Numbered from the stretch's first letter, positions 45,967-55,247 are shown. The stretch: 64,000 nt of DNA from Capsulimonadaceae bacterium (GCA_036504535.1 DASXUY010000022.1:5650-69649), one strand, 5' to 3'. The notes: a model not told the origin generated them from the letters alone. Numbers and translations are program-made.

Positions 45967-46950
45967 TTGGCCATGATTAAGTCGTTTTTTGATGGGAATG
46001 TGCATCCTGCCTGGTATATACCCCTTTCGCGCGGCATCGTACGCGTCGCGGGCCGCGACCGCCTTGCGTTCCTGCACGGACAACTGAGCAACGATGTCCT
46101 GTCGCTTCAACCAGGCGAAGGCATTCGCGCCTGCCTGCTCAATAATACTGGCCATTTGCTCGCAGATATCATCGTCCACGCGTTCGACGGACACGTTTTC
46201 CTCGAAACAGATCCATCGCAAGCCCCTATTCTGTTGAGGGCCCTCGACAGGTTCATCATACGCGAAAAGGTGCTGCTGGAAGATGTCAGCGCGTCGTGGC
46301 AAATCGTGACGCTGCAAGGACCGGGCGCGCGCGACGCGTGGGAACGCCTAGATTCCACACCGCTGACCGTCGCCGACGGCCCACTCTACGCCCACGCCCC
46401 GCTTCCGTTCACCGCAGCCGACGGCTCCGCGCACGGCGAGATCGCTAGGCGTCCCCGAATAGGTGCGCCCGACGGATACGACCTCTGGCTGCCCGTGAGC
46501 ATTGCCGCCGAAATCATTGCCGCGCTTTCCGCGAATCCTGGTGTGGCTGAACTCGACGACTCCACCTACGAAACCCTGCGCATCGAATCCGCTGAGCCTG
46601 CCTGGGGGGCCGAACTCACCGAAGCCGTCATCCCGCTAGAAGCCGGGCTGCTGGACGCGATCAGCTTCACCAAAGGATGCTACATGGGCCAGGAAATCAT
46701 CGCCCGCATCCACTCGCGCGGCCACACAAACCGCACCCTGCGCCGCCTCACACTCGCCGCACCCGCAAACCCCGCCGACAAAATCGTCGCCGTCGGCGGC
46801 CCCAAAAACGGCGAAGAAGTCGGCTGGCTCACATCAACCGCCACATCGCCGCGCCTCGGCCCAATAGCCCTAGCCTACATCCGCAACGAATACGCCGCCG
46901 CAGGGAGCACGGTCAAGGTGAACGAGGCTGGGGCGACGGTGGATGGGTGA
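45967..46950 (+). CDS. ygfZ: YgfZ-type folate-binding protein (GcvT-like fold; Fe-S cluster repair/tRNA modification family).
   Basis: C-terminal signature KGCYMGQEIIARIHSRGHTNR (the KGCYxGQE motif). Confidence 0.8.
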   Translation: MAMIKSFFDGNVHPAWYIPLSRGIVRVAGRDRLAFLHGQLSNDVLSLQPGEGIRACLLNNTGHLLADIIVHAFDGHVFLETDPSQAPILLRALDRFIIREKVLLEDVSASWQIVTLQGPGARDAWERLDSTPLTVADGPLYAHAPLPFTAADGSAHGEIARRPRIGAPDGYDLWLPVSIAAEIIAALSANPGVAELDDSTYETLRIESAEPAWGAELTEAVIPLEAGLLDAISFTKGCYMGQEIIARIHSRGHTNRTLRRLTLAAPANPADKIVAVGGPKNGEEVGWLTSTATSPRLGPIALAYIRNEYAAAGSTVKVNEAGATVDG

Positions 46951-46965
46951 GTGCGGGGGAGGCGA

Positions 46966-47169
46966 CTACAAAGATTCGTAAGCGTTAAGGAAATCGTTGC
47001 GATCAATACCCGATTGAGTGAGGATAGTTCTCAGTGTTGAACTGCGAAGCTGGCGGTGGTTGGGGATAGTCATCGGGGTTGTGGTCCCGTCTGGGTTTCG
47101 GCGTTCGAGAGCGATGTGATTGCCCTCGCGAACAACTGTGAATCCAAGCATTCGGAGGGCTGTGAGCAC
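46966..47169 (-). CDS. hicA: HicA-family mRNA interferase toxin.
   Basis: GFTVVREGNHIALERRNPDGTTTPMTIPNH...SSTLRTILTQSGI matches the HicA pattern (GSHHxxxxxxGxxxxxPxHxxKDLKxGTLKSIxKQAGL). GTG start. Confidence 0.7.
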   Translation of the reverse strand: MLTALRMLGFTVVREGNHIALERRNPDGTTTPMTIPNHRQLRSSTLRTILTQSGIDRNDFLNAYESL

Positions 47170-47260
47170 GCGATCAATGGGAGCGTCGACGGTAGATATC
47201 GCAGTTGCGCAGTTCTGGCTTCAAAGTTAAAGTAATACCCAGTTAGGTTTTTGCTTTGAT

Positions 47261-47320
47261 GCGGGCCATCATCGCGACTTCCTAGGCGCGGAATGGGTCC
47301 AGGCTCAGCTTGGTTTGGCA
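47261..47320. repeat. REP-like element (partial copy) between hicB and hicA, immediately 3' of the hicB stop.
   Basis: atcgcgacttcctaggcgcggaatgggtccaggctcagcttggtttggca is related to 14889-14960. Confidence 0.55.
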
Positions 47321-47545
47321 TTACGCCGCGATCCTTGCCTCGGCAATGAACGCTTCCAGCACAGGTTGGTCGGCTTCAAGCACGACTCGTCCAAATGTCT
47401 CGATATGAAAATCGAGCGCAGACCTCATGTCGGCTAGCGCCTCGTCGTACGTGTCTCCTTCGCCAATCACAACCCCGGTGACACCCAGCGGGTACGCCAC
47501 ATACCCGTCGGCGTGCCTCTCTACAACGACTTTCACTTGTTCCAT
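47321..47545 (-). CDS. hicB: HicB-family antitoxin (N-terminal UPF0150 domain only).
   Basis: MEQVKVVVERHADGYVAYPLGVTGVVIGEGDTYDEALADMRSALDFHIETFG. ATG at 47543-47545 with an AGGA ribosome-binding site. The 56-aa upstream extension of the long ORF is rejected. Confidence 0.65.
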   Translation of the reverse strand: MEQVKVVVERHADGYVAYPLGVTGVVIGEGDTYDEALADMRSALDFHIETFGRVVLEADQPVLEAFIAEARIAA

Positions 47546-47703
47546 ATTCGTGATTCCTCGAACCAGCGTGACGCTGGAGCCCTGTCTCGCCGCAGACGGC
47601 TCGGTGACAGCCGGGTACAGTCCCTTGTCGCGAGCGACGCAAGCCGGAGCTTGCTCCGTGTAAGGTTTGTTGCCCAGTCGGACCAGCCTCCTGAAATTAT
47701 ACC

Positions 47704-47793
47704 ACCGCCACATCCCCGCGCCTTGGTCCCAATAGCGCTAGCATACATCCGCAACGAAGCGCCGCTGGCGTCGCAGAGCCGAGTTGCCGCCGG
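47704..47793 (+). pseudogene. Displaced duplicate of the ygfZ 3' end (fragment A).
   Basis: ccgccacatccccgcgccttggtcccaatagcgctagcatacatccgcaacgaa is ~85% identical to ygfZ 46838-46892. It encodes PIALAYIRNE... and ends with a TAG. Confidence 0.7.
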
Positions 47794-48665
47794 GTTGAAG
47801 TAGTTCACCTGATTGGTCTCCTCCCAAGCGCGGCGCTAGCCCGTCACGTCGCCGCAATTCCATCTGCTCTTTCGGGTGACCCGGCATAATCCGAAAATAC
47901 GATGTGGGTATGCGTTTTCCTCGTGAGGGATATGAAATGAGTCGATAATCGATGAAATCGTTGGATAAGAAGGCGCATAATATGTGCTTTGCGGGCAGTT
48001 ATGCGTTGTGCCGCCGTCCTGCGAGCGATGAGACGCAGAGCAAGAGCATAGGCCTGTCGAAGTTGGTTGTCAATGTGCACTCGAAGGCCCCCTTTAGGTT
48101 ATCCGCCTTCACATTAAGTATATCATTGTTATATCTAAAAGTCAACTATAGAGTTAAAAATAGTTTATTTGATCGTACATACGACCTGTTCAAATGGCCG
48201 ACGCGTGTGGTCTACGGATGCATCCGCTGAAGCGGTGCCTGTGAAAAGCAGATCGCCCTTTGGGCTAAGAGCAATCAACCCGCAGCCACCATCTCCGAAC
48301 GAACCCCACCCTGGGGACTGCCCCGCAGAAGGTGACGTCGGGCACAAGCAAGTTGCCCCGCTCGCGGCGTAGGAGCCGGCCTACCCACCGCCACCGCCCA
48401 ATCCCATCATCCCAATCGTGGCGCGTCGCCGCTGTTGGGGGGCGCCTTCGAGGAGCGGGCGCCCGAAAAGTTTGGCGCCAACCCTCGCTACAGAGCGGTG
48501 CATCCTCCGTGAGGGGCTGCCGTCGCCATGCCGCTATATGTTGTGATCCAGTCAGTTGCCCCGAAATGGACAATAGCTGAAAATTTGCTTCACGAGATCG
48601 GTAATCAATGTCGCAGGATTAATCCAATAGATAGCGAATGTTAGCATATCGAAAAGGTTGCGACG

Positions 48666-49154
48666 ATGCACAAACTAGCTGGCCTTCTATCTCTTGCCGC
48701 ACTCAGCTTCGCCGCCTGCCGTATCAACGCTATCGCCACGCGTCACGCGGCAATCGCTGCCGCGCGCGCTCACCGTCAGGCCGATCTGTGGCCCTTTGGC
48801 GCAGACAATCGGGTCACAAACGACTCACCCATTGTTCGAATTGCATATACGATCATAGTTCAAGGCGCTAAAGAAAACGCCACTGAAATCTACATTATCC
48901 CTGGCGAAACAGGCGTGCGAATCGACGTTGAAATCGAAGGTGAACGTAGTCCGATGATGCAACTCCCCAAGCACATCCAAAGGCCAATCGAATTCTGTCT
49001 GCGCTCTGGTGCCGCTCGCAGCACCGAGACCGACCCCATTGGTGGCTGCTTGTTGATCGCGCACGACGGCACCCGCTACCGCTATCGCTTAACACGGTCC
49101 ATCGGCGCGTACGGTAGCATTTTGAAGTTCACGCGGTACGAGCCAGTCGGGTGA
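48666..49154 (+). CDS. GspE/PilB N-terminal (N2) domain-only protein with an N-terminal signal/anchor; paralog 1.
   Basis: IVRIAYTIIVQGAKENATEIYIIPGETGVRIDVEIEGE...LPKHIQRPIEF...GGCLLIAHDGTRYRYRLTRSIGAYGSILKFTRYEP resembles the segment before Walker A in T2SS/T4P ATPases (ASDIHIEP...VRxRIDG...RLPQDGRI...RVSTLPxxYGExVVxRLL). There is no ATPase core. Confidence 0.6.
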   Translation: MHKLAGLLSLAALSFAACRINAIATRHAAIAAARAHRQADLWPFGADNRVTNDSPIVRIAYTIIVQGAKENATEIYIIPGETGVRIDVEIEGERSPMMQLPKHIQRPIEFCLRSGAARSTETDPIGGCLLIAHDGTRYRYRLTRSIGAYGSILKFTRYEPVG

Positions 49155-49190
49155 CGGAACAGCTTCGCCCCTCTGGCGTCGCACAATGAG

Positions 49191-49763
49191 GTGATCGCGA
49201 TGATGCAGTTTACACCCGCATATGCTGTCCTCGTTGGCCTCATCCTGGGTGCCCTTGTGGCGCGATACAAGCACCGGCAACGGGTTCGGCTTATCCTCTC
49301 CGAGCGCTTGAAGCGCAGATTGGATGAGATCCCGCGAACCGACGAAAACGGCGTGTGGCACGAAACTGGCAACTCCCCGATTCAAACGATATGCGTAACG
49401 ATTCTCATTCAATCCATACGCGAAAACGCTACTGCGATCGACCTTATCCCGCCGACGGAAGCCTATGTTGATCCCGAGGACAACTACGTCGAGCCTATCG
49501 ACCGGAAACCGGAAGCGCCGTACGGCTTGACTGTGCAATATCTGATAGATGGAGTGCCCAAGACAGTCATGGTGATGCCGTGCCACGTTGGCTGGCCCGC
49601 CGAATATACATTCATAATGGCAGCCGCGACAAGCACCGCCGCAGATCCCTGCGGTGGCGCGCTGCACATCGACTTCGAAGGCTCTCTGTACCATTTCCGC
49701 CTATCGCGCGTCGCGACGCCTTACGGCAACCACGTGACGCTCGACCGGTACGAACCCACGTGA
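49191..49763 (+). CDS. GspE/PilB N2-domain-only protein with an N-terminal transmembrane helix; paralog 2.
   Basis: IQTICVTILIQSIRENATAIDLIP...GLTVQYLIDGVPKTVMVMP...CGGALHIDFEGSLYHFRLSRVATPYGNHVTLDRYEP. Confidence 0.6.
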   Translation: MIAMMQFTPAYAVLVGLILGALVARYKHRQRVRLILSERLKRRLDEIPRTDENGVWHETGNSPIQTICVTILIQSIRENATAIDLIPPTEAYVDPEDNYVEPIDRKPEAPYGLTVQYLIDGVPKTVMVMPCHVGWPAEYTFIMAAATSTAADPCGGALHIDFEGSLYHFRLSRVATPYGNHVTLDRYEPT

Positions 49764-49921
49764 GATCGCTATCGGTACGTCCGTCACAGTGGCGGCAAGA
49801 TTGGTGCATTTGTTTGTAAATAGATATCGTAGTAGTCGCTCTGAGTGATGCAGTATAACCATAAATGACATTTCTCGCTCTGGCAACGTGCACCCGCGCC
49901 TCATAACACCGCGACGCCCAC

Positions 49922-50047
49922 CAGGGCCGCCGCCGCCTCGCTCTGACCGCGCTCGCAAACCCCGCCGACTAAATCGTCGCCGTCGTAGACCCGAATGGCG
50001 CGAAGAAATCGGCTGGCTGACGTCCACCGCCCAATCCCCTCGCGCTT
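49922..50047 (+). pseudogene. Degenerate duplicate of an internal 3' portion of ygfZ (fragment B).
   Basis: gccgcctcgctctgaccgcgctcgcaaaccccgccgactaaatcgtcgccgtcg...gaagaaatcggctggctgacgtccaccgcc aligns with ygfZ 46742-46845 and carries in-frame stops. Confidence 0.65.
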
Positions 50048-50285
50048 AGTCGCCGGGCTCTCATCGGCCTTTGGCGCTGGGCACAATTCACATGCGATAC
50101 AAGGCAAGTCCTTATCTTAGGGGGCTGGGCTTGAGCCTGTCCGCTGGCCAGGTACGGTCTTGCCCTTGGCACCCTATTGACTAGCTTAACCAAGTCTGAG
50201 CCCACGTCTATCCGGACCTCAGTAAACACTTCTTCGCTGCAGGACTTCTGCAATGACTGGCGAATATGTGCATATCAGAGAGATT

Positions 50286-50771
50286 CCGATAATGAATAAA
50301 CTAGCCGCCTCTTTATCCCTCACTGCACTCGCCTTTGCCGCAAGCCGCATCAACGCCATCCTCAAGCATCGCGCGGCAATTGCTGCCTCGCGTGCGAGCC
50401 GGCAAGCTGATCTCTGGCGCGGTGACGGCTCCATGGACTTCGCTGACGATTCGCCGCTTGTCCAGATCACGTTTATCATCATTGGGAAGGCTATGGCCGA
50501 GGACGCCTCCGAAATCTACCTCGTACCCGACAAGACCCACATCCGTGTCGATTACAAAATCCACGGTGAGCGCTGCGAGGTCATGAAAATTCCGAAGCAC
50601 TACCAGCGCCCCATCGAGTTCTGCTTTCGTGCCGCCGCAGCCGTAAGCACTGACATCAATCCGCTGGGCGGAGACCTCTCCGTCGTGCGGCGTGGCGTCC
50701 GGCAAAGATTTCACCTGCGCCGAGTTGTCGGTTCCGACGGCAGCGAGTTGACGTTCACTCGGTATGAATAA
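50286..50771 (+). CDS. GspE/PilB N2-domain-only protein; paralog 3.
   Basis: MNKLAASLSLTALAFAASRINAILKHRAAIAASRASRQADLW...LVQITFIIIGKAMAEDASEIYLVPDKTHIRVDYKIHGE...IPKHYQRPIEF...LTFTRYE. Confidence 0.6.
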   Translation, partial: PIMNKLAASLSLTALAFAASRINAILKHRAAIAASRASRQADLWRGDGSMDFADDSPLVQITFIIIGKAMAEDASEIYLVPDKTHIRVDYKIHGERCEVMKIPKHYQRPIEFCFRAAAAVSTDINPLGGDLSVVRRGVRQRFHLRRVVGSDGSELTFTRYE

Positions 50772-50816
50772 GCCACAATAGAAACCATCGAGATTATACG
50801 AAAGGCATCGTCCAAC

Positions 50817-52016
50817 ATGCTAAAGGCCTTAGCTCTCACTCTCACATCGTTGGTGAGCCTTGGCGGCGTGACAGCCGCGACGCCAATCGCGACGATGAAG
50901 GTTGCGAGAATTTCCGTTTTTGAATCTGGTTACGGCTGGGCACTGGGCCGTCAAAGAGATCGACTTGCGGTGTTGCGGATTCAGGAGCGTCACGATATCG
51001 CACAAATTGTAAGCACGCAAACTTGGGCCACTTCTTCGGCCTGTGAATGCGATAACTACGAGGACGTCGGAACCGCATTTGTTACGTCACGACTTGCCTT
51101 TGTCGCTTTGTTTAGCGCCGTAAACGAATTATCGATAAAGCGTACCGACAATGGCGGCGGAAGTTGGACTTCGGCGAAATTCGTGGTTCCTGACAGTATG
51201 GAGGAGGGGACAATCCTGCTCACTTTCGCCGATAGCCTACACGGGTACTTGTTGCTGTCGTCACCCCACCGAGGCTTTCACGGCCAACTTGCTCTCTATA
51301 CCACCGCAGACTCGGGGCGATCATGGAGCCGAAAAGCAAGCTCTAGTGACGTAACTGCGGGCCTGCCAACGCAGGGCAGGCCCAAAACCATATCGTTCAT
51401 TTCCCCCCGCGAAGGCTGGATTGGCATGGACCTCGGGGGAATATCCCCCAAATCACTTCTGCATACGACCGATGGGGGCTCGCATTGGACAGGAATAAAT
51501 GTAGATAACTTTCAGGATATCCATCCTCAGCGCTACACAATCCCGGTCTTAATCCGTCCGTTTCATAAAGGAGGAGCGAAGGCCATTCTGTTCTTCAAAG
51601 TGATGGGAGACTCGCGTAACAAATGCGTCGTCTACCTCCTCAAAGGAACCCCGTCGCATCCGATTTATACAAAATCAGGCGAGGTGACCGTCAATTCGAG
51701 TGGCAGTGACCTTGCTATAGCGTCGTTCGGCGCATCATTGTATTTTGTCGATCCCAGCAAAAAGGAGCTGTACGTAGGAAGTTCCGTCGGTGCCAAATGG
51801 CGCTCCGTTCGTTATTCCGCCCCTTTAGGCGGCGAATACGACACTGCCTGGCTCTATGCTGGGCAGTCACATGTCCTCTACTTCGTACAGGCAGTTGATG
51901 GGGCGCAAGGCGTGGCCAGGACAACGACTTTGTTAAGATCAGGTAATGACGGAAAAACGTGGCAACGGCTCAGCTTACGCCAACCTCCCGACAAAGTCCG
52001 TCAAAGACACCGATAG
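50817..52016 (+). CDS. Secreted BNR/Asp-box repeat beta-propeller protein (Ycf48/sialidase-like fold).
   Basis: Signal peptide MLKALALTLTSLVSLGGVTAA. Asp-box repeats TDNGGGSWTS, TADSGRSWS, TTDGGSHWT, GNDGKTWQRL. Confidence 0.6.
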   Translation: MLKALALTLTSLVSLGGVTAATPIATMKVARISVFESGYGWALGRQRDRLAVLRIQERHDIAQIVSTQTWATSSACECDNYEDVGTAFVTSRLAFVALFSAVNELSIKRTDNGGGSWTSAKFVVPDSMEEGTILLTFADSLHGYLLLSSPHRGFHGQLALYTTADSGRSWSRKASSSDVTAGLPTQGRPKTISFISPREGWIGMDLGGISPKSLLHTTDGGSHWTGINVDNFQDIHPQRYTIPVLIRPFHKGGAKAILFFKVMGDSRNKCVVYLLKGTPSHPIYTKSGEVTVNSSGSDLAIASFGASLYFVDPSKKELYVGSSVGAKWRSVRYSAPLGGEYDTAWLYAGQSHVLYFVQAVDGAQGVARTTTLLRSGNDGKTWQRLSLRQPPDKVRQRHR

Positions 52017-52516
52017 CGCTTCCACCGGGATTCGCCAGTTGGTGCGCTAAGCCCGCCCAAACCTCACTGCAAATGTCGACCAACCCGCATTCCATATAAT
52101 AGGATGTGATTCTATTACGATGATTGCTGGAACTGGCCAAAGCCTCTTTGATCATTCAATGAAATGTGACTTGCCGTCCAATGTCGCTGATTACGAACGT
52201 GTGTAATTATAAAATAGCTTAACAGAAATAGATATTGTCAAATTAAAATGTTTTGGGTATAATATCATCAAGGCGATAATCCCAAAGAGGCCGCCCCATT
52301 GCGTTCCGACGCATCTGCACCTTAAAAATCGAAATCGCCTATCGTCGCCGAGCAAAAACTGTAGCGCTGCACACAATAATATCCATGAATATTGCGATTC
52401 CAAAATGCCAAAATATTCACAACTCGCCACTGCCAACTCCGTCCGCCAACGTGGTTGGAAATCATAAACCCCACGCGTGGGGTGGCGTGGTACGCGCCGG
52501 GGTAATCCGGCCACAA

Positions 52517-52551
52517 TTTTGCGCAAAAAATAGAATCGCGTTGCGCAACGC
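52517..52551. promoter_or_regulatory. Two TTGCGCAA-core perfect palindromes 22 bp apart; a candidate operator in the AT-rich region upstream of the GT2 gene.
   Basis: TTTTGCGCAAAA (52517-52528) and GCGTTGCGCAACGC (52538-52551), followed by cgcaaaacgcgcaaaac direct repeats. Confidence 0.45.
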
Positions 52552-52644
52552 AAAACGCGCAAAACAATACCGAATATTGGTCGCCCTCCGCACGCCAACG
52601 CGGTCGGTGACCTCGCTTCTGAGCGCAACATCATAGTCCCTAAT

Positions 52645-52775
52645 CACTTGGGGACAGCGAGCCGAACGAGCAGGGGTAATCCGTCCTCAACCCACCCGGC
52701 CTCGCCAAGAAGTGGTCGGACAACACCGTCCCCACTCGTGGGGACAGCTCGCCCGAGCGAGCAGGGGGTACCCTA
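52645..52775 (+). repeat. Tandem ~40-bp direct repeats in the 5' leader of the GT2 gene; a third related copy at 52472-52510.
   Basis: cacttggggacagcgagccgaacgagcaggggtaatccg (52645-52683) and cactcgtggggacagctcgcccgagcgagcagggggtaccc (52733-52774). Distal copy: cacgcgtggggtggcgtggtacgcgccggggtaatccgg. Confidence 0.55.
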
Positions 52776-52780
52776 TACGC

Positions 52781-53923
52781 GTGTCTGTAGCAATCGTTTA
52801 CCATTTGCTCGTTCTCGCAGCGTCCTGCGTACTCGCCGGGATCGCCGTCGCCAACTTCTTCGCGTTTCGTCGCCCGCGAGCCGTCGTCGGGCACACTGAA
52901 TTGCCGTTCGTGTCCGTCCTCATCCCCGCGCGCAACGAAGAAAAGCACATCGCGGCGTGTGTTCGCTCCCTGCTGGCCCAGAACTATCCCGCATTCGAGG
53001 TGATTGTGCTTGACGATAGCTCGGACGATGCCACGTACGATATCGTCCACAAGTTGCGCGACGAAGACCACCGCTTGCGGGTGCTCGTCGGGGCTGAGTT
53101 GCCAGATGGCTGGTGCGGAAAGCCCCACGCATGTGTCCAACTCGCCAATGCCGCGCGTGGCGAGTGGCTGCTCTTTACCGACGCCGACTGCCGCTTCTCG
53201 CCCGACGCGCTCTTACTTGCGCACGGCGCACATGTGGAGCACGATGCCGAGATGGTCTCGCTCATGCCTGACTATATCGCAGTTACGTTCTGGGAACGTG
53301 TCGTTATCCCGCTGCTCATCATGATCCCCATCGCATTTCTCCCCGTCGCAGGAGTGCGGCGATCCCGGTTTGGCCTGTTCGCCGCTGCGAACGGCTCGTT
53401 CATTTCGATCTCTCGCGACGCGTACCAGCGGATCGGCGGGCATGGAGCGGTACGTGCTCAACTCGCCGAGGACGTCAAGCTCGCGCAGCTTGCCAAACGG
53501 ATGGGCGTGACTCAGTGGTACGGTGATGGAACACGCGCCTATTCGGTTCGCATGTACGAATCGTGGGGCGAGATCTGGCGAGGCTTCACCAAGAACCTGT
53601 TCGCAGCGTTCTCGCGCAAAGTCTGGATTCTCGCACCGACACTCGTCATGCTCGCCGTAGTCATGATCCTGCCTCCGTTCTTCGCCATCGTTGGTGTCGT
53701 AACCGGGGCGCCGTGGACCATGTTGCCAGTGATCAGCTACGCTTTGATGGTCGGGATTAGGCTGGGGATTGTGTGGCGGATCGGCCAGGATTCGCCATGG
53801 TACGCGTACCTGAACCCGCTCTCCTGGCTGGTAGCGATCATGGTCGCAATTGCATCGGTAGTCGTTTCAAACGGCAAAGGCGCTGAATGGAAGGGACGCG
53901 TCTACCGCAAACCGGCAGATTAG
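52781..53923 (+). CDS. Family 2 glycosyltransferase (GT-A fold, membrane-anchored).
   Basis: LPFVSVLIPARNEEKHIAACVRSLLAQNYPAFEVIVLDDSSDD (DxD-type motif). N-terminal transmembrane helix and C-terminal transmembrane helices. GTG at 52781 is suggested as the start because upstream ORF sequence is made of the leader repeats. Confidence 0.7.
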   Translation: MSVAIVYHLLVLAASCVLAGIAVANFFAFRRPRAVVGHTELPFVSVLIPARNEEKHIAACVRSLLAQNYPAFEVIVLDDSSDDATYDIVHKLRDEDHRLRVLVGAELPDGWCGKPHACVQLANAARGEWLLFTDADCRFSPDALLLAHGAHVEHDAEMVSLMPDYIAVTFWERVVIPLLIMIPIAFLPVAGVRRSRFGLFAAANGSFISISRDAYQRIGGHGAVRAQLAEDVKLAQLAKRMGVTQWYGDGTRAYSVRMYESWGEIWRGFTKNLFAAFSRKVWILAPTLVMLAVVMILPPFFAIVGVVTGAPWTMLPVISYALMVGIRLGIVWRIGQDSPWYAYLNPLSWLVAIMVAIASVVVSNGKGAEWKGRVYRKPAD

Positions 53924-53937
53924 CATTGAACAGAACC

Positions 53938-54255
53938 ATGCCACTCTACGAATACACTTGCAGCAGTTGCCATAAGCGCTTCACCTGGCTCGTCGGGGTA
54001 GTCGCGAACTCGGGAGTGCCGACATGCGACCGATGCGGCTCGATTGCGGCGACACGCCGCGAGGTCTCGCGCTTCCGGCAGGCAAGATCGTCAGCGGACT
54101 CCATTCCCGCTATCGATGACCCGGCCGCACTGGGCGATCCGGCCGACCCGGCAACCATGGAGAGGTGGGCGAAAAGCGTCTCAAACGAGATGGGCGAAGG
54201 GTTGGGCGAAGAGTTCGACGAATACATCGCGGACGCCCATGACGATGCTGGCTAG
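53938..54255 (+). CDS. FmdB-family zinc-ribbon protein with an acidic tail.
   Basis: MPLYEYTCSSCHKRFTWLV...VPTCDRCGS matches the FmdB pattern (MPxYEYxCxxCxxxFE...CPxCG). Confidence 0.65.
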   Translation: MPLYEYTCSSCHKRFTWLVGVVANSGVPTCDRCGSIAATRREVSRFRQARSSADSIPAIDDPAALGDPADPATMERWAKSVSNEMGEGLGEEFDEYIADAHDDAG

Positions 54256-54410
54256 CGCCATTACGAGATTACGAGCGGCAACATGTTGTCGGTCACGAAT
54301 TCGTTGCAAGCACAGTCGTAGAACATCGCCAGTTGCCGCCGATTCCGGCGTCCCGGAGGGACATTCAGAAATTCGCTAGCCCTCGACTTCAGTCGGGGGT
54401 AGTCGGGGAC

Positions 54411-55247
54411 CTACGCTATACGCGAGGGCATTTGCGGGCTCTGCATGCCGCTCCCCGGCTTCGATTGGCTGCGCTCCAGGAGTAGTCGCCGCATCCGCTT
54501 GCAGGCATCGTGGTAGTCGTCTACCGTGTCGATGTCGAACGCGAGTGACGGACTCACGCCGCGAACGACCTTGCAGCGGCACTCGGTTAACGCGCTGGCA
54601 CGCTCTTCGATGTCCGACACCGACAGCTTGCCTCGCATGAGCTTGAACATGAACGCGAGCCCGAGAGTCATAGCCATGCCCGCCGCAGAACCACGGTGCG
54701 CCATCGCGTGACCGAGTAGCTTGAGGTTGGCTGAGATGATGCGCGAGTCGACAATCGCCATGCTCCCGATGGCAATGCCACCGTCGTGCAGGTTGACGAA
54801 TCGCTTGTTGTTATCGGGGAAACGCTTATCGAAATCGACTTGGGTGATGAGTGGGAGACAGATCTCCGCGTCGATGGACGCGCCCTGGACAAAGCCAGTG
54901 ATCGCTTTGGAGGACACAAGTGGAAGATCGCACGCAGTAACGAGGACGCGCCTCGTTGTGCTGCCAAGGCTCTCGATGCCTGTCCGCAGGTTATCCATGA
55001 CAGAGCCCTCGTCATGGGTCCAGATGTCCGCTGCCTGGGTGGCGTCGCGGACCGATTCAGGACCGACGAGGCATATCCGCTGGATGCAAGGCGCGCCACG
55101 GAGCGCGGTTGCCAGCAGGTCAACGACGGGCGTCCCGGCAATTGGCGCGAGTGCCTTGATGGACGTATGCGCAGCTTGTGAATAAGCGCCCCGAATGCGA
55201 CCGCCCGCTAGGACGATCACATCGATACAGTCGTCGGTTCGGCTCAT
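54411..55247 (-). CDS. MobA-like nucleotidyltransferase domain protein with a C-terminal extension.
   Basis: MSRTDDCIDVIVLAGGRIRG...KALAPIAGTPVVD (NTP_transf_3-like). A DIDTVDDY motif near the C-terminus resembles MobA/CofC. ATG at 55245-55247 with an AAGGAG ribosome-binding site. Confidence 0.55.
   Translation of the reverse strand: MSRTDDCIDVIVLAGGRIRGAYSQAAHTSIKALAPIAGTPVVDLLATALRGAPCIQRICLVGPESVRDATQAADIWTHDEGSVMDNLRTGIESLGSTTRRVLVTACDLPLVSSKAITGFVQGASIDAEICLPLITQVDFDKRFPDNNKRFVNLHDGGIAIGSMAIVDSRIISANLKLLGHAMAHRGSAAGMAMTLGLAFMFKLMRGKLSVSDIEERASALTECRCKVVRGVSPSLAFDIDTVDDYHDACKRMRRLLLERSQSKPGSGMQSPQMPSRIA

Noticed and set aside
52191-52634. A 147-aa minus-strand ORF in the AT-rich spacer before the GT2 gene.
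   Set aside because: AT-rich regulatory region containing palindromes and repeats. No ribosome-binding site, no motifs, and atypical composition.
52648-52899. ORFs covering 52648-52899 and the annotated start at 52712 of the GT2 gene.
   Set aside because: Their translations are produced by the tandem DNA repeats (GTASRTSRGNP / GTARPSEQGVP) and are unlikely to be coding. GT2 homology begins near the GTG at 52781.
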